From an uncultured virus (IMG/VR IMGVR_UViG_3300035506_000159) (taxonomy: Duplodnaviria > Heunggongvirae > Uroviricota > Caudoviricetes): a DNA stretch of 20,000 nucleotides. Below the pieces are notes generated by a model, which was not told where the DNA came from, searched no databases, and saw nothing but the letters and a program-made list of their open reading frames with translations. Position numbers and translations under genes: made by a program. Location: IMG/VR virus record IMGVR_UViG_3300035506_000159; one strand, 5' to 3'. This document shows positions 1 to 9,634 of this stretch, in pieces (positions within the stretch are counted from its first letter, which is position 1; the number at the start of each line of letters is the position of its first letter).

Positions 1-707
1 AAAGCTCCCCATTTCCATCACCAACCGCTTGTGATGTACTTCTTTTCAGAATAGTCGTTGAACCTTAATCAAAATTTATATCTTTTGTTAAATATTTCCA
101 TCTTTCTTTTCTTCTTATAGAATTAGCATAATCTTTACATAATCCATACATTCTATCAATTTCAGCTCCAGAATATTGCTTTGTAAGTAGTAAATTAATA
201 ATTTCTTTTACTTGTTCTTCTGAAATTTTTGAAGCTGGATTATGCTCACCAAATTGAGGTGCTCTTAAATTATTCTTAATAGCATGGTCAATATTTTCTC
301 TACAGGTACACCATTCAAGATTTGATAAATTGTTATTGATTTTATTACCATCTATATGATTAACTTGTAAATTTTCCATTCCTTCAATAGGAGAAAAATT
401 TTCCATAACTAAACGATGGACAGAAAAAGAATGTCTTTTATTGTCACAACATACAAGAGATACTTTCTCATAACCATCTTTATCTAGTCTAGTGGATAAG
501 AATTTATTGGTTCTTTCGCTAAAAATTTTTCCATCCTCAGTAACTTTATAGATATATTTTAAAGGATATTTGCTATTAATTATACTTTTCATTATAAGCT
601 CCCAATAAGATGCTTTGTTAATAATATCAATTTTGATTCTTGGCTGCTGATTGTCCCATATAGGAGTTCCCAGCAATTAAAGGAGTTTTACATGAGCTAA
701 GATATTA
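1..707 (-). mobile_element. Group I intron 2 in terminase gene, ORF-containing; 3' end lies outside the window
   Basis: 5' splice site AATGGGT^TAATATC with P1 AUGGGU/GCUCAU (U-G at junction); P AATTGCTGGGA, Q AATCAGCAG, R GTTCAACGACTA (63-52) directly after the HNH stop codon. Confidence 0.9.
65..592 (-). CDS. Intron-encoded HNH homing endonuclease (NUMOD4/HNH_3-like), 175 aa
   Basis: VHRLVM...VNHIDGNKINNNLSNLEW motif; ATG at 592 after GGGAG; the longer TTG start at 676 runs through intron core P/Q elements. Confidence 0.9.
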   Translation of the reverse strand: MKSIINSKYPLKYIYKVTEDGKIFSERTNKFLSTRLDKDGYEKVSLVCCDNKRHSFSVHRLVMENFSPIEGMENLQVNHIDGNKINNNLSNLEWCTCRENIDHAIKNNLRAPQFGEHNPASKISEEQVKEIINLLLTKQYSGAEIDRMYGLCKDYANSIRRKERWKYLTKDINFD

Positions 708-1226
708 ACCCATTGGCATCGACGACGCACATATTACATTTAAATCGTTTAAAAATTCGCTTAATTTCGATTGCCTGCAAACCAAAGTGCTCTTCCTCGA
801 AAGAATATAGATTTACTATTTGCTTAAGAGGAGGTCCACCAGTTTTAACAGGAGTAACTTTGATTACAATTACCTCAGTGGTACACCCAAGTCTGCCGAC
901 ATCAACGCCCATGATATAATAAGATTTATCAGAAATCTTTTTATTGTATTTATCTTCAGCAAGATTTAGTACTCTATTGCGGTCAAAGGCATCTGGAGAG
1001 AAAAATGCACCATCGATAGTTCCAGACCATTTTGATTCAAACTCTCTTTCAAATCCAGTAGCATCAACTGAAATATCTGATTCTTGATTTTGAATAAAGT
1101 TAGCTGGTTGCAATCCTTCGACTACTGGTATTCTCCAGTCACCACCAAGAATAAAGGCTTCTTTGGGTCTAGCTACCATGCGGCAAAGGGTATCAATTAA
1201 TTTATCATAGCTGAAAGTATTCTTAA
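708..1226 (-). CDS. terL: Terminase large subunit, exon 2 (end of ATPase, linker, start of RNase H-like nuclease domain)
   Basis: FEREFESKWSG, YYIMGVDVGR and CVVDANG motifs; joins exon 1 in frame as TSAG-F-KNTFSYDK. Confidence 0.9.
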
Positions 1227-1486
1227 CATTTGTATTCTACGAGATTCGCTGATTCTCGCACGTTCTCTAATGAACTGCTGCATGTCACCATGCAGATTAG
1301 ACCATATCTTTATGCGTTTTACGCATATTCTCCGTTTCCACCATCAATAGCTTATGATGTACGTGCTATGCACTGGTCGTTGAACGTTCTATTATAAAAT
1401 AATAGCTTCGCTGCTGATTGTCTTTTTATCTAATAAATAAAAGATGTCCCAGCAATTAGAAGAATTTTAGCAGAGCCTAAATATTA
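1227..1486 (-). mobile_element. Group I intron 1 in terminase gene, 260 nt, no ORF
   Basis: GCAGGGT^TAATATTTAGGCTCTGC P1 helix; P AATTGCTGGGA, Q AATCAGCAG, R GTTCAACGACCA, S AAGATATGGTC (P7 GACCA/TGGTC); terminal G at 1227; removal restores the reading frame. Confidence 0.93.
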
Positions 1487-2189
1487 ACCCTGCAGATGTG
1501 ACAAAGATAGCAGATTGATTTAATACTTCATTTGGGTCTGAATGACCATTAATTTGTCTACTAACTACCAATGTTGGCATAATAATTTGGTTGAATCCTT
1601 CTTGGTCAACCTTTGCAACCTCTTCCGCAAGTAGAGATTGAAAACGCGCACCACGAGTATGTTCACTAATTGCGCAGTTAGACAGTTGACTTCCATTCTT
1701 AAAAAGATATGAAACAGTATCTTTTGTTTGAGAAGTTGTTCCAAGTTTACCTCTTGTATCCCATTCAATTTCTTGTTTTAGCGCAGGAATTAATGTACAT
1801 AATTCAATTATCTTGCTTCCAAGGATCATCGCTGACTGCGATTTGCCATCAGCGACAGTGGTTACTTTTGCGCCAGGATACAGAATACATTTAATCATTA
1901 GGGCTAGAACAGAAATAAATGATTTAGAGAAACCTCGACTAAAGACCGCAAATACTGTCTTATATCTAAGCAAAATCCGCAACAACAATCTTTGAACAAA
2001 CATTAGTTTAAAAGTATTATTTGGATTTAATGAACATAGATAATCAATAAATTTATCTGGATATTTTCTCCAATAGTCAATAAGTTTTTGATAGTAAGAT
2101 AGATTTTCTACAATCTTAATTTTATCAACTTCTACCTTACCACCTTTCTTATTGCTATTGGCAGTTTTAAGTAAATTTGATAATGCCAT
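1487..2189 (-). CDS. terL: Terminase large subunit, exon 1 (ATPase domain)
   Basis: Walker A-like FSRGFSKS, RGAR plus Walker B-like LLAEE, coupling motif FVTSAG. Confidence 0.9.
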
Positions 2190-2191
2190 GA

Positions 2192-3400
2192 TTAAAGTCC
2201 AAACTCTTCCATGAGTCTGAAAGCTTCATCCTCATATGCTTCTGGGTCAAATTCCTCTTCCTCTTCTTCAAGATTTGCGGAATTATTAAATCCACCCTTC
2301 ATAATATTTTCAACTGTTTCTTCTTTTTGTTTATCAGCCTTCTCAATGAAGGATTCAATAAGGTCGCCAAGACCAAGTTCATCCCGCACAAGATTACTTA
2401 CATAATTTTGTAAGTCATTAATAACAAAGTCTATTTTATCTTGCGGATATTCTATTGGGTCAAACTGCTGGGGAATAATATCTCCTTCATGTTCTACAAA
2501 AGATACTAGTTGACCAATAGAATCAATCTCTCTTCCTTGTTCCTCTTTATTCTGTGCTTCTGTTAGACGTGCTGATTTCCGCAACTGATCATAGACAGAA
2601 GAAAGATTGCGATATGATTGTGTATCATCAATATCTAGTGCTTGGTCCATCTTTAACGATGTGCGGCAAATCTTGCGGACAGATTCTTCACGGTCAACAT
2701 TAAGCTCATATTCCTCTGCATACTTTTGGTAGAGGTCCTCTAGCCGCACCCACTCTGATGGAGTATATGATATGCCCCACTTTACTGCTAGGTATTGAAT
2801 ATCTTCTCCAGTGAGTTCTTTCGCAATAGTTGCTTCATCAACCTGTGGAGTTGATACTACGTTTAGCATTTTTTTATTTTTTTCTTCTTCTAGTGCTAGT
2901 AAATCTACATCTTCCTCTGTTAAGAATTTCTCTTTCTTATCCCTACCTTGAATCATATCTTCATACTCTTCTTCGGTAATTTTACCAGCTTTTAATTTCT
3001 TTTCTGCTATTTCTTTTAGCTTTTCTTTATTTTCTTCTGATACTTTTGGACTATTTAATGATTCTGAATCCGCAAAATGATAATCTTTAAATTGAGTCAT
3101 ATTCATTTGCCGCAAATAGTGACCAAATACTGAAGATGGCCCGAACTTACCTGGATTCTTTAAGAAGATTTTATTTGTCATCTGAATCCATTGATTCTCA
3201 ATATATGGTAAATCAAATTTCTCCAATAGTGGCATAAATGTTTCAGGATTGCGGTTATCAATGTCTTTAGTTAAACATCTTTTACAAACTGGGTATCTAA
3301 CACCCTCTGGAAGAGTGCGAGGAGACTTGTAAAATTCTGTACAAGGTTTCTCACGTCCGCACTCTTCGCATACTATAGTTGCTTGTGCTTCTTTAGGCAT
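2192..3400 (-). CDS. Zn-finger protein directly upstream of terL; candidate terminase small subunit or packaging partner
   Basis: N-terminal CxxC...FY...CKxC, acidic C-terminus, 2-nt gap to terL; ATG 3400 after AGAAAGAAGG. Confidence 0.6.
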   Translation of the reverse strand: MPKEAQATIVCEECGREKPCTEFYKSPRTLPEGVRYPVCKRCLTKDIDNRNPETFMPLLEKFDLPYIENQWIQMTNKIFLKNPGKFGPSSVFGHYLRQMNMTQFKDYHFADSESLNSPKVSEENKEKLKEIAEKKLKAGKITEEEYEDMIQGRDKKEKFLTEEDVDLLALEEEKNKKMLNVVSTPQVDEATIAKELTGEDIQYLAVKWGISYTPSEWVRLEDLYQKYAEEYELNVDREESVRKICRTSLKMDQALDIDDTQSYRNLSSVYDQLRKSARLTEAQNKEEQGREIDSIGQLVSFVEHEGDIIPQQFDPIEYPQDKIDFVINDLQNYVSNLVRDELGLGDLIESFIEKADKQKEETVENIMKGGFNNSANLEEEEEEFDPEAYEDEAFRLMEEFGL

Positions 3401-4475
3401 TGTTCGCCTTCTTTCTACATTCTTTGCAGACACTATAAAAATGGTCTTTTGAAGAAGTATTTCGGGAGAAGAAAATTGGATGTGCTAACTTGGTTTCTCC
3501 GCATTTGCGGCAAGTCTTCCAATTGCCTTTTTCAATATTTGTGTAATACCATAGGAGATATTCTTCCTGAGCCTTTTCCGCAATCATCTTTGGAATACGT
3601 TGTTTCCAAAGAGTTGAGATATATTGTTCAGTGTGGATAGTTCCATAAGTATTTTCCAGATATTGCTTAATTTCTGCATTTGAATATTTATTGATTTTCC
3701 GCACCATCACATCAAAGAACATTGGATACTTAGGAAGTAGTGTTCGTTCTACTAAGCCTTCAAAATCTAGAAGAACAGAATACATATCACAATTAACTTC
3801 TTCTCCAGTTTCTTTCTTTAGGTCTGCATAATTTGTTAATAGATAGGATACTTTATCTGCGGAAAGGAAGGATATAGGTGAATCTGAAACAGGGTATCCT
3901 TCTGAATCGAAATATATATTTTCCTCAATCTTAAGGGTAGTATAGTCTTTATGAGTTGGAGATATTTTTCCCTTACCTACTCCCCCCTTAGCTGATGCCC
4001 GCAAAATGTAAGCTTGTTTCCACATTTCAATAATTTGCTTTTTAATATTGTATTTGTTTTTTCCTGTGGCACTTAAAAGTCGATTATTTAGAGCATCGAT
4101 GGTTTGTATAATTTCCCGCAAACCAGGCACTGTCCGCATATCGTCTGCGGTGATGGGATCTTTAGGATCCATGATTTGATTTTTATCGTTGGTGATTATT
4201 GCGTGCAGAGAATCTTCACCATATTCATAGAGGTCTACCATTTCGTCAAAAGATACTTGACGTTTATTGAGGGTAGCTTCTCTATTGCGGGTAGTGATTG
4301 GATATTCTTCTGCCTGTTCTTTTTTAGTTTGATTTTTATCAGCCACAAAAAGAAGATAATCTGATATATATTGTAGATATTTGTCTGTTAATTGTTCTGG
4401 ATTGGTATTTTCAAGTAGATTATCTACATATTGTTTTCTTTCTTCTTTTGTGGATAAAGAGTAGTCTAAATGCAA
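3393..4475 (-). CDS. Phage protein with C-terminal HTH-like segment and CxxC...CKEC Zn finger
   Basis: Long ORF; TTG 4475 after AAAGGAG (ATG 4499 is a possible leaderless start); overlaps the next gene's start. Confidence 0.7.
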   Translation of the reverse strand: MHLDYSLSTKEERKQYVDNLLENTNPEQLTDKYLQYISDYLLFVADKNQTKKEQAEEYPITTRNREATLNKRQVSFDEMVDLYEYGEDSLHAIITNDKNQIMDPKDPITADDMRTVPGLREIIQTIDALNNRLLSATGKNKYNIKKQIIEMWKQAYILRASAKGGVGKGKISPTHKDYTTLKIEENIYFDSEGYPVSDSPISFLSADKVSYLLTNYADLKKETGEEVNCDMYSVLLDFEGLVERTLLPKYPMFFDVMVRKINKYSNAEIKQYLENTYGTIHTEQYISTLWKQRIPKMIAEKAQEEYLLWYYTNIEKGNWKTCRKCGETKLAHPIFFSRNTSSKDHFYSVCKECRKKANNA

Positions 4476-4506
4476 TTTTACTCCTTTCCTATTGGTCATT
4501 GAGAAT

Positions 4507-4535
4507 ATTGTATCATAGATTATGACATTTGTCAA
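4507..4535 (-). promoter_or_regulatory. Sigma70-type promoter of the packaging operon
   Basis: TTGACA-17-TACAAT with extended -10 TG. Confidence 0.8.
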
Positions 4536-5101
4536 CGAGAAATTAAAATTTTATAATATGGCGAAAAATAATTTTATTTTCCATTTTTGCTAGTAAAATA
4601 AAAGAGTTTGTTTTTGACGGTTTTGTGTGGCGTTTTCAGGTTTCTGAAAAGATTCTATAAGGATCCTCCATATACGCCCCTACCAACTAATATATTAGTC
4701 CTATAAGAATTTCTGCCGAGAGTTCTGGCAACATATCTATACCTATCGATTCATAAAATTGAGGAGCATCGATATGTTCAGGAGGGTCGCTCGGCGGGCG
4801 AGCCGCAGGCGCGGAGCCGCGGAAGGCCGACCACGGCCAGCCGCCGCATAAAAATTTTAACTATCTATTTTTTGATGTGGAGTTCACCGCGGTTAACTTA
4901 ACCTGAAAATTCCCTCAACATCAAACATCGAAGTGTATCGATGGAAGAACCTATCAAGATTTCAACTATCATCGATGTGAACCATCTGCATAAAACAGAC
5001 CTGTTTTTGAATATCCAATATTAGTACGATTCTATGCAAAATTAGTTCACCAAAGCTAACTAATCCAAATGTGTAGGAAATATGTAGAAGAAGAAATCTC
5101 G

Positions 5102-5130
5102 TTGACAACCCTGACAGAGAAGCGTATAGT
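5102..5130 (+). promoter_or_regulatory. Sigma70-type promoter
   Basis: TTGACA-17-TATAGT, then 5' hairpin AAGGGG..CCCCTT and SD. Confidence 0.8.
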
Positions 5131-5184
5131 AATAGTCAGCAAGGGGGAACAAGAAGTACCCCTTACGGAAGGAAGGTAGTCGCT

Positions 5185-5544
5185 ATGACTAACACCACTA
5201 AGTCCCTCACCAACGCTCAGGCTCTCGCTCAGGCCATCGAGCTAGCCGACAAGGCTGGTATGACCGAGCTGGTCGCTAAGCTCACTAAGATGCATGAGAC
5301 TGCTATCAAGCCCAAGAAGAAGAGCGACGGCCCGACTAAGGCACAGCTTGAGAACATCGCCCTTGCAGAGAAGGCTGTGGCCTACATGCTTGACCACGAG
5401 GGAGTAACCGCCAAAGAGCTGGCCTCCAACGTCGAAGGTATCAACACTAGTCAGAAGGCAGTAGCAGTCATGCGTCAGGCTATCACGATGGGTAAAGTAG
5501 TCAAGTGCAAGGTAGGGAGTCAGACGCTCTACAACCTGAACTAG
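5185..5544 (+). CDS. Small winged-helix DNA-binding protein, paralog 1
   Basis: SD GGAAGG; TAKELA..TSQKAVAVMRQAITMGKVVKCKVGSQTLY wHTH pattern; closely similar to 10365-10736. Confidence 0.8.
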   Translation: MTNTTKSLTNAQALAQAIELADKAGMTELVAKLTKMHETAIKPKKKSDGPTKAQLENIALAEKAVAYMLDHEGVTAKELASNVEGINTSQKAVAVMRQAITMGKVVKCKVGSQTLYNLN

Positions 5545-5550
5545 CACATC

Positions 5551-5579
5551 GAGGGGAGTAGGTCGCATCTACTCCCCTC
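5551..5579 (+). terminator. Stem-loop terminator
   Basis: GAGGGGAGTAG-GTCGCAT-CTACTCCCCTC just after stop. Confidence 0.7.
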
Positions 5580-5592
5580 ACTTGTCCGCTAT

Positions 5593-5608
5593 TGTTCCAC
5601 GTGAAACA
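5593..5608. promoter_or_regulatory. parS: parS site (ParB/Spo0J)
   Basis: TGTTCCACGTGAAACA matches consensus TGTTNCACGTGAAACA exactly. Confidence 0.85.
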
Positions 5609-5796
5609 GTAGCACCACACACACATGTAACACTATCACTAGATACAGTGTAGTATATTACAAGAAAGAGATCACTAGTACACACTAGCAACTACCAGTA
5701 GTATACTACACTGTAGTGTGATGGAGTGCGATCTAATGTAGCTCCAAGAGTAACATATAAAAGATTGAATAGTTAAGTATCGTATTTGGGCAGAAA

Positions 5797-5825
5797 ATTA
5801 TACCAGAAGGGCTAACAAAAATCAA
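5797..5825 (-). promoter_or_regulatory. Leftward promoter with no downstream ORF
   Basis: TTGATT-17-TATAAT with extended TG. Confidence 0.6.
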
Positions 5826-6016
5826 GCCCTTCACAAACTCTACACAAATGCCGCACACATAAATCCTTAAACTATTAGAGGTTTGAACAGTCTCTTAGTG
5901 TTTTAGCTAGATAAAGTAGTACGTGTTTTGATGTGCGGGACCATTCCTGTAGCTAAATAAATCCCAACCACTACGGACTGCATCTATTTGATGTTTCGTC
6001 TCTGGACTGTAACTAT

Positions 6017-6044
6017 ATAATACCATGACCATTGAGGAAGTCAA
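6017..6044 (-). promoter_or_regulatory. Leftward promoter with no downstream ORF
   Basis: TTGACT-16-TATTAT with extended TG. Confidence 0.5.
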
Positions 6045-6397
6045 TGGAGTTCATATCTTCTACACAAATTGAAACTTGTGAATGAAATATGATGGGATTG
6101 AATCCGATGTTAGAATCTACTATTATATTTACAGTATTAGTTATGGTAGTAGGAAGTGTTCACTATGGTTAACTATCTTCTCCGGCTCGTTTGGTTCATC
6201 CGCTTGAACCGTCGTCCACGATACACTTACATTGATTAGAATCGATGTGTTCTAGTTCAATCTTGAAATCATTCTCTAAAATGAAATTTGTGAATGAGAA
6301 ATGAATTTCAAAATTGAAATTGATTTCTACTTTAGAAATGATATTATATTAGTAATGAAATTCAAAAACGAATTTCAATTACTGGAAGGAATCTGAA

Positions 6398-7093
6398 ATG
6401 CGTTACGTTGCTATTGTTGATACTGAAACCACTTCTCTTAACCGCGCTAAAGCCTTCTCCACTTGTCTTGTCTATGATTTTGGCTATGTCATTTCCGATA
6501 CTAAAGGAAACATTGTAGTTAAGCGTTCATTCATCAATGACGATGTATTCTCTAATCCTTCTCTTATGGAAACAGCTTACTACGCTGAAAAGCTCCCGAT
6601 GTACCACGAGAATAAAGGGAATGAGTGGGTTCATTCTACTACTCTTGAAATGTGGAATATTTTCAACAATGATATTAAAGAGTATGGTATCAAGGCTGGG
6701 GATGTGTTCGCTTATAATGCGGGATTCGATATGCGAGCACTGAATTTCACCATTAATCATTTCTCTAATGGGTTCGTTAAAGAATTTATTCCTTGCAATA
6801 TGTGGCGTGATATTTGGGTTATCGCTGGTAAGGCTATCACGGCCACTAATAAATATGTTAATTTCTGCATTGATAATGGCCTTCTCTCGGAAAAGAAGAA
6901 TCCTAGCACGTCCGCTGAAACTGTTTTCAAATATCTTACTGGTAACATTGAATTTGCGGAACGTCATACTGCTCTTAATGATAGTGAGATTGAACACTTT
7001 ATCTTGATGAATTGTTTCAAGCGTCATGCGGCCATGCCTTGCACGTTGGGTCAAGGATGGGTGTATGCAGCTAGGAAAAAGAAGAATAAGTAG
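6398..7093 (+). CDS. DEDDh (DnaQ-like) 3'-5' exonuclease
   Basis: ExoI VDTETT, ExoII AYNAGFD, ExoIII HTALND. Confidence 0.9.
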   Translation: MRYVAIVDTETTSLNRAKAFSTCLVYDFGYVISDTKGNIVVKRSFINDDVFSNPSLMETAYYAEKLPMYHENKGNEWVHSTTLEMWNIFNNDIKEYGIKAGDVFAYNAGFDMRALNFTINHFSNGFVKEFIPCNMWRDIWVIAGKAITATNKYVNFCIDNGLLSEKKNPSTSAETVFKYLTGNIEFAERHTALNDSEIEHFILMNCFKRHAAMPCTLGQGWVYAARKKKNK

Positions 7094-7101
7094 GAATTGT
7101 G

Positions 7102-7136
7102 GAGGGGTTGACATAGTTCAACCCCTCTTCTATACT
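7102..7136 (+). promoter_or_regulatory. Hairpin overlapping the promoter of the next gene
   Basis: GAGGGGTTGAC-ATA-GTTCAACCCCTC contains TTGACA (7108), 17 nt before TATACT (7131). Confidence 0.7.
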
Positions 7137-7173
7137 ATTAGTAGTTAAAGGATACTAGTAGTTAGGAAACATC

Positions 7174-7371
7174 ATGAACGCAGCCATCGACCTTACTAAC
7201 CTCACTAATTGGCTGAACTCCACCTATGAGCTAGCTAGAAGTGGCCGCACTGAATGTGTAGAAGAGTTCAATAAAATGCGGACTATGGTTGATGACCTCT
7301 TCGGACTGGATGTAATATTTATCACAACTAATCGGGGAGGTTACTGGATAGTTAAAAAAGGGGACGAGTAG
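7174..7371 (+). CDS. Hypothetical protein, 65 aa
   Basis: Own promoter, AGGA SD and downstream hairpin with T-run. Confidence 0.7.
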   Translation: MNAAIDLTNLTNWLNSTYELARSGRTECVEEFNKMRTMVDDLFGLDVIFITTNRGGYWIVKKGDE

Positions 7372-7579
7372 TCCTCTTTTTTTGTGCGGAAAAAGTTATG
7401 TGTTTTTTATGAAAGGACTTGACAGCCTAAATTGCATTAGTTATTATTATTATTAAGATGGAAGACTATCAAATATGGCCAGACGAAATGTGGAGATTGT
7501 ATGAAGAAATTTCACAAGCTATTGACAGCGGAACACATCGATGGTCCTGAATCCCGCAACTGATATACTAGTATACTCA

Positions 7580-7609
7580 TTGACCATTTGCTATTGGGTA
7601 TGCTATGAT
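7580..7609 (+). promoter_or_regulatory. Sigma70-type promoter
   Basis: TTGACC-18-TATGAT with extended TG. Confidence 0.65.
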
Positions 7610-7657
7610 GTAATCAACAAATAGCAATAAGGCTATTTGATATTTAAGGAGTTCGAT

Positions 7658-7849
7658 ATGTGCAAGAAATGTGAAATGTGCCGTTGGTCACGCATGATTG
7701 AAACTGAATATAATGGATTCATCTATGCTTGCACGTCTGACGATGTGTATGACTACATTGTTGCTATTGGTATACCAGTTGATATGCCAGTGCGGATTGA
7801 GGGGACTTCCAGAAAAACTTGCAAGTTTTATGAACGGAACACCGACTAG
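7658..7849 (+). CDS. Small Cys-rich protein, 63 aa
   Basis: AAGGAG SD; CxxCxxC...C...CKFY; terminator at 7854-7879. Confidence 0.75.
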   Translation: MCKKCEMCRWSRMIETEYNGFIYACTSDDVYDYIVAIGIPVDMPVRIEGTSRKTCKFYERNTD

Positions 7850-7978
7850 CTTAAATACCCTCCAGTTGGAGGGTATTTTCTTTATTTAATCAATTGATAT
7901 ATCAGTTAATTCTCGACCTTGCAAGGTATGGAATAGTGTATATTATATCTATCATCCAATAGTAGAGAGGATAGTTCA

Positions 7979-8146
7979 ATGTTTGATAAGTACTGGTTCA
8001 ACTGGAAGCTCATCGGTCTTATTGTCGGTCTTGTAATTATGGTCGTTGCTCTTGAATGTGCGGTGTATGGTGTGTTTGCCTATCCGTCTCAATATGACCT
8101 ACTTGCAATCGCTGGAATTGTTATCATCTGCCTGTCATTTAAGTAG
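7979..8146 (+). CDS. Small membrane protein, 55 aa, two hydrophobic segments (absent from ORF track)
   Basis: GAGG SD; MFDKYWFNWKLIGLIVGLVIMVVALECAVYGVFAYPSQYDLLAIAGIVIICLSFK; hairpins follow at 8159-8182 and 8201-8222. Confidence 0.75.
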   Translation: MFDKYWFNWKLIGLIVGLVIMVVALECAVYGVFAYPSQYDLLAIAGIVIICLSFK

Positions 8147-9059
8147 TGTGGAGAATATGTGCGGGTCTTGACCTGCCCGCACATTCTTTAAGAAGTTAAT
8201 ACCCCTCTTAAGAGGGGTTTTTCTTTATCTCTTAAATACTGGCCGTGAACGGCCACGATTTGTGGAGATTTTGTGAAGATAGAAATTTTAATTGACTTTA
8301 GCTAGAAACTATGCTACATCCAGTATCCTAAAACAAACTAATATACTAATCGTAGTTTTGGGGCGCGTAGCGGCGTTTTAAGCCCTTGTACGGATAGCAT
8401 ACCTGTTAAAGGTAGGATAACTGCTTAAATGGCCTTAAATGGCCTGTACGTGGCTCACACGCTAAAATAATGTGGAGACGTGTTTCAGAAACAGATGGAA
8501 ACTGAAAAAAATCTTAAAGTCAAATAAATCGATTTCATATCGAGAAGAAATATATTTCAGGTCGCACATCAAACTATTTATTATTAATACCTTGATGATC
8601 AATCTTATTACTATCTCACATCAAACTATTAATAGTTAATACCTTGAATATGGCCACGAAATATGGAGATTTTGTGAAGATAGAAAAAAGCCCTTGACAA
8701 ACACAATTTCTACACAAACCTAAAATTTCCTAAAAGACATATCATTTAATAGCAAAAGACATATCATTACAAACATCAAACTTGAAACTATTTCATGATC
8801 GGGATAGTTTAAATCTTTATATGTTATCTATCTCCGCACATATAATAATTTGAACATATCAAATTTATTATCGTTTTTAGTTTGATGTTCAAACTTATTA
8901 CTATCGTTCATCAAACTATTTATCATTAATACACTGATAAAGACTCAAACTAATCAAACTTATTACCATTAATAGCTCTATCATCAAACTAATTATTATC
9001 TATCATCAAACTTATTACTATGTACAGTTATGTTTTTTTAATGTTTTTTAAAATAGTTG

Positions 9060-9088
9060 TTGCAATTCCTCGCGCGTATGGGTATAGT
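9060..9088 (+). promoter_or_regulatory. Sigma70-type promoter
   Basis: TTGCAA-17-TATAGT. Confidence 0.65.
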
Positions 9089-9127
9089 AGTCATTGTAAG
9101 GTTAACCCCTAACAGGAGGTACACAAT

Positions 9128-9553
9128 ATGAACGGACTGGAACTGCACATTATCGCAATGTTCACCGATGCGTGCGATGAATACCCTACTCACATGGAGG
9201 TATTTAAGTCCTGCAATGACGCATGCGCATACATTAATACGATGTATGGCATGGATTGCACTGAAACTCATAATATCTACGATGCAATCAATTTCTTGAA
9301 TAAATTTGATGGTATCAATCTCAAATATGTATACTCCGAGGTAAAACGCACATGCCCCAACTGTATGCATTGCATTGACGGATTCACGGATTATGATGAC
9401 GAAGAGTGCATGTTTTGCACGCTGAATATCAATGAAACTGAATTCGACCCTTATAAGGAATTTAACAGCTATCCTGAAACTAGCTGCAATAAATTCAAGT
9501 ATCATGCACTCGAAACCTATGCTGAATGGAGGATTAATAATATCATGGATTGA
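9128..9553 (+). CDS. Hypothetical protein with Cys-rich C-terminal domain
   Basis: AGGAGG SD; CPNCMHC...C..C...CNKF; hairpin at 9563-9592. Confidence 0.8.
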   Translation: MNGLELHIIAMFTDACDEYPTHMEVFKSCNDACAYINTMYGMDCTETHNIYDAINFLNKFDGINLKYVYSEVKRTCPNCMHCIDGFTDYDDEECMFCTLNINETEFDPYKEFNSYPETSCNKFKYHALETYAEWRINNIMD

Positions 9554-9634
9554 TGAATAAATGGTAGGGGTAGATACAATTCTACCCCTACCTTCCCACT
9601 GTTTTATTCATTACTCATTGAACGGATAGTATTC

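Noticed and set aside
593..676. N-terminal extension of the HNH ORF
   Set aside because: Overlaps intron P/Q core; SD supports ATG 592
697..1179. Separate 160-aa gene
   Set aside because: It is part of terL exon 2; splicing restores one frame
7497..7517. Rex operator
   Set aside because: TGAA-N5-TTCA spacing, not N4
7458..7550. 30-aa ORF MEDYQIWPDEMWRLYEEISQAIDSGTHRWS after a TTGACA-17-TATTAT promoter
   Set aside because: No SD and it consists of the regulatory repeat module; cannot be supported, though near-leaderless translation is not excluded
8240..9020. CRISPR array
   Set aside because: Repeats are degenerate and irregularly spaced, with no unique constant-length spacers
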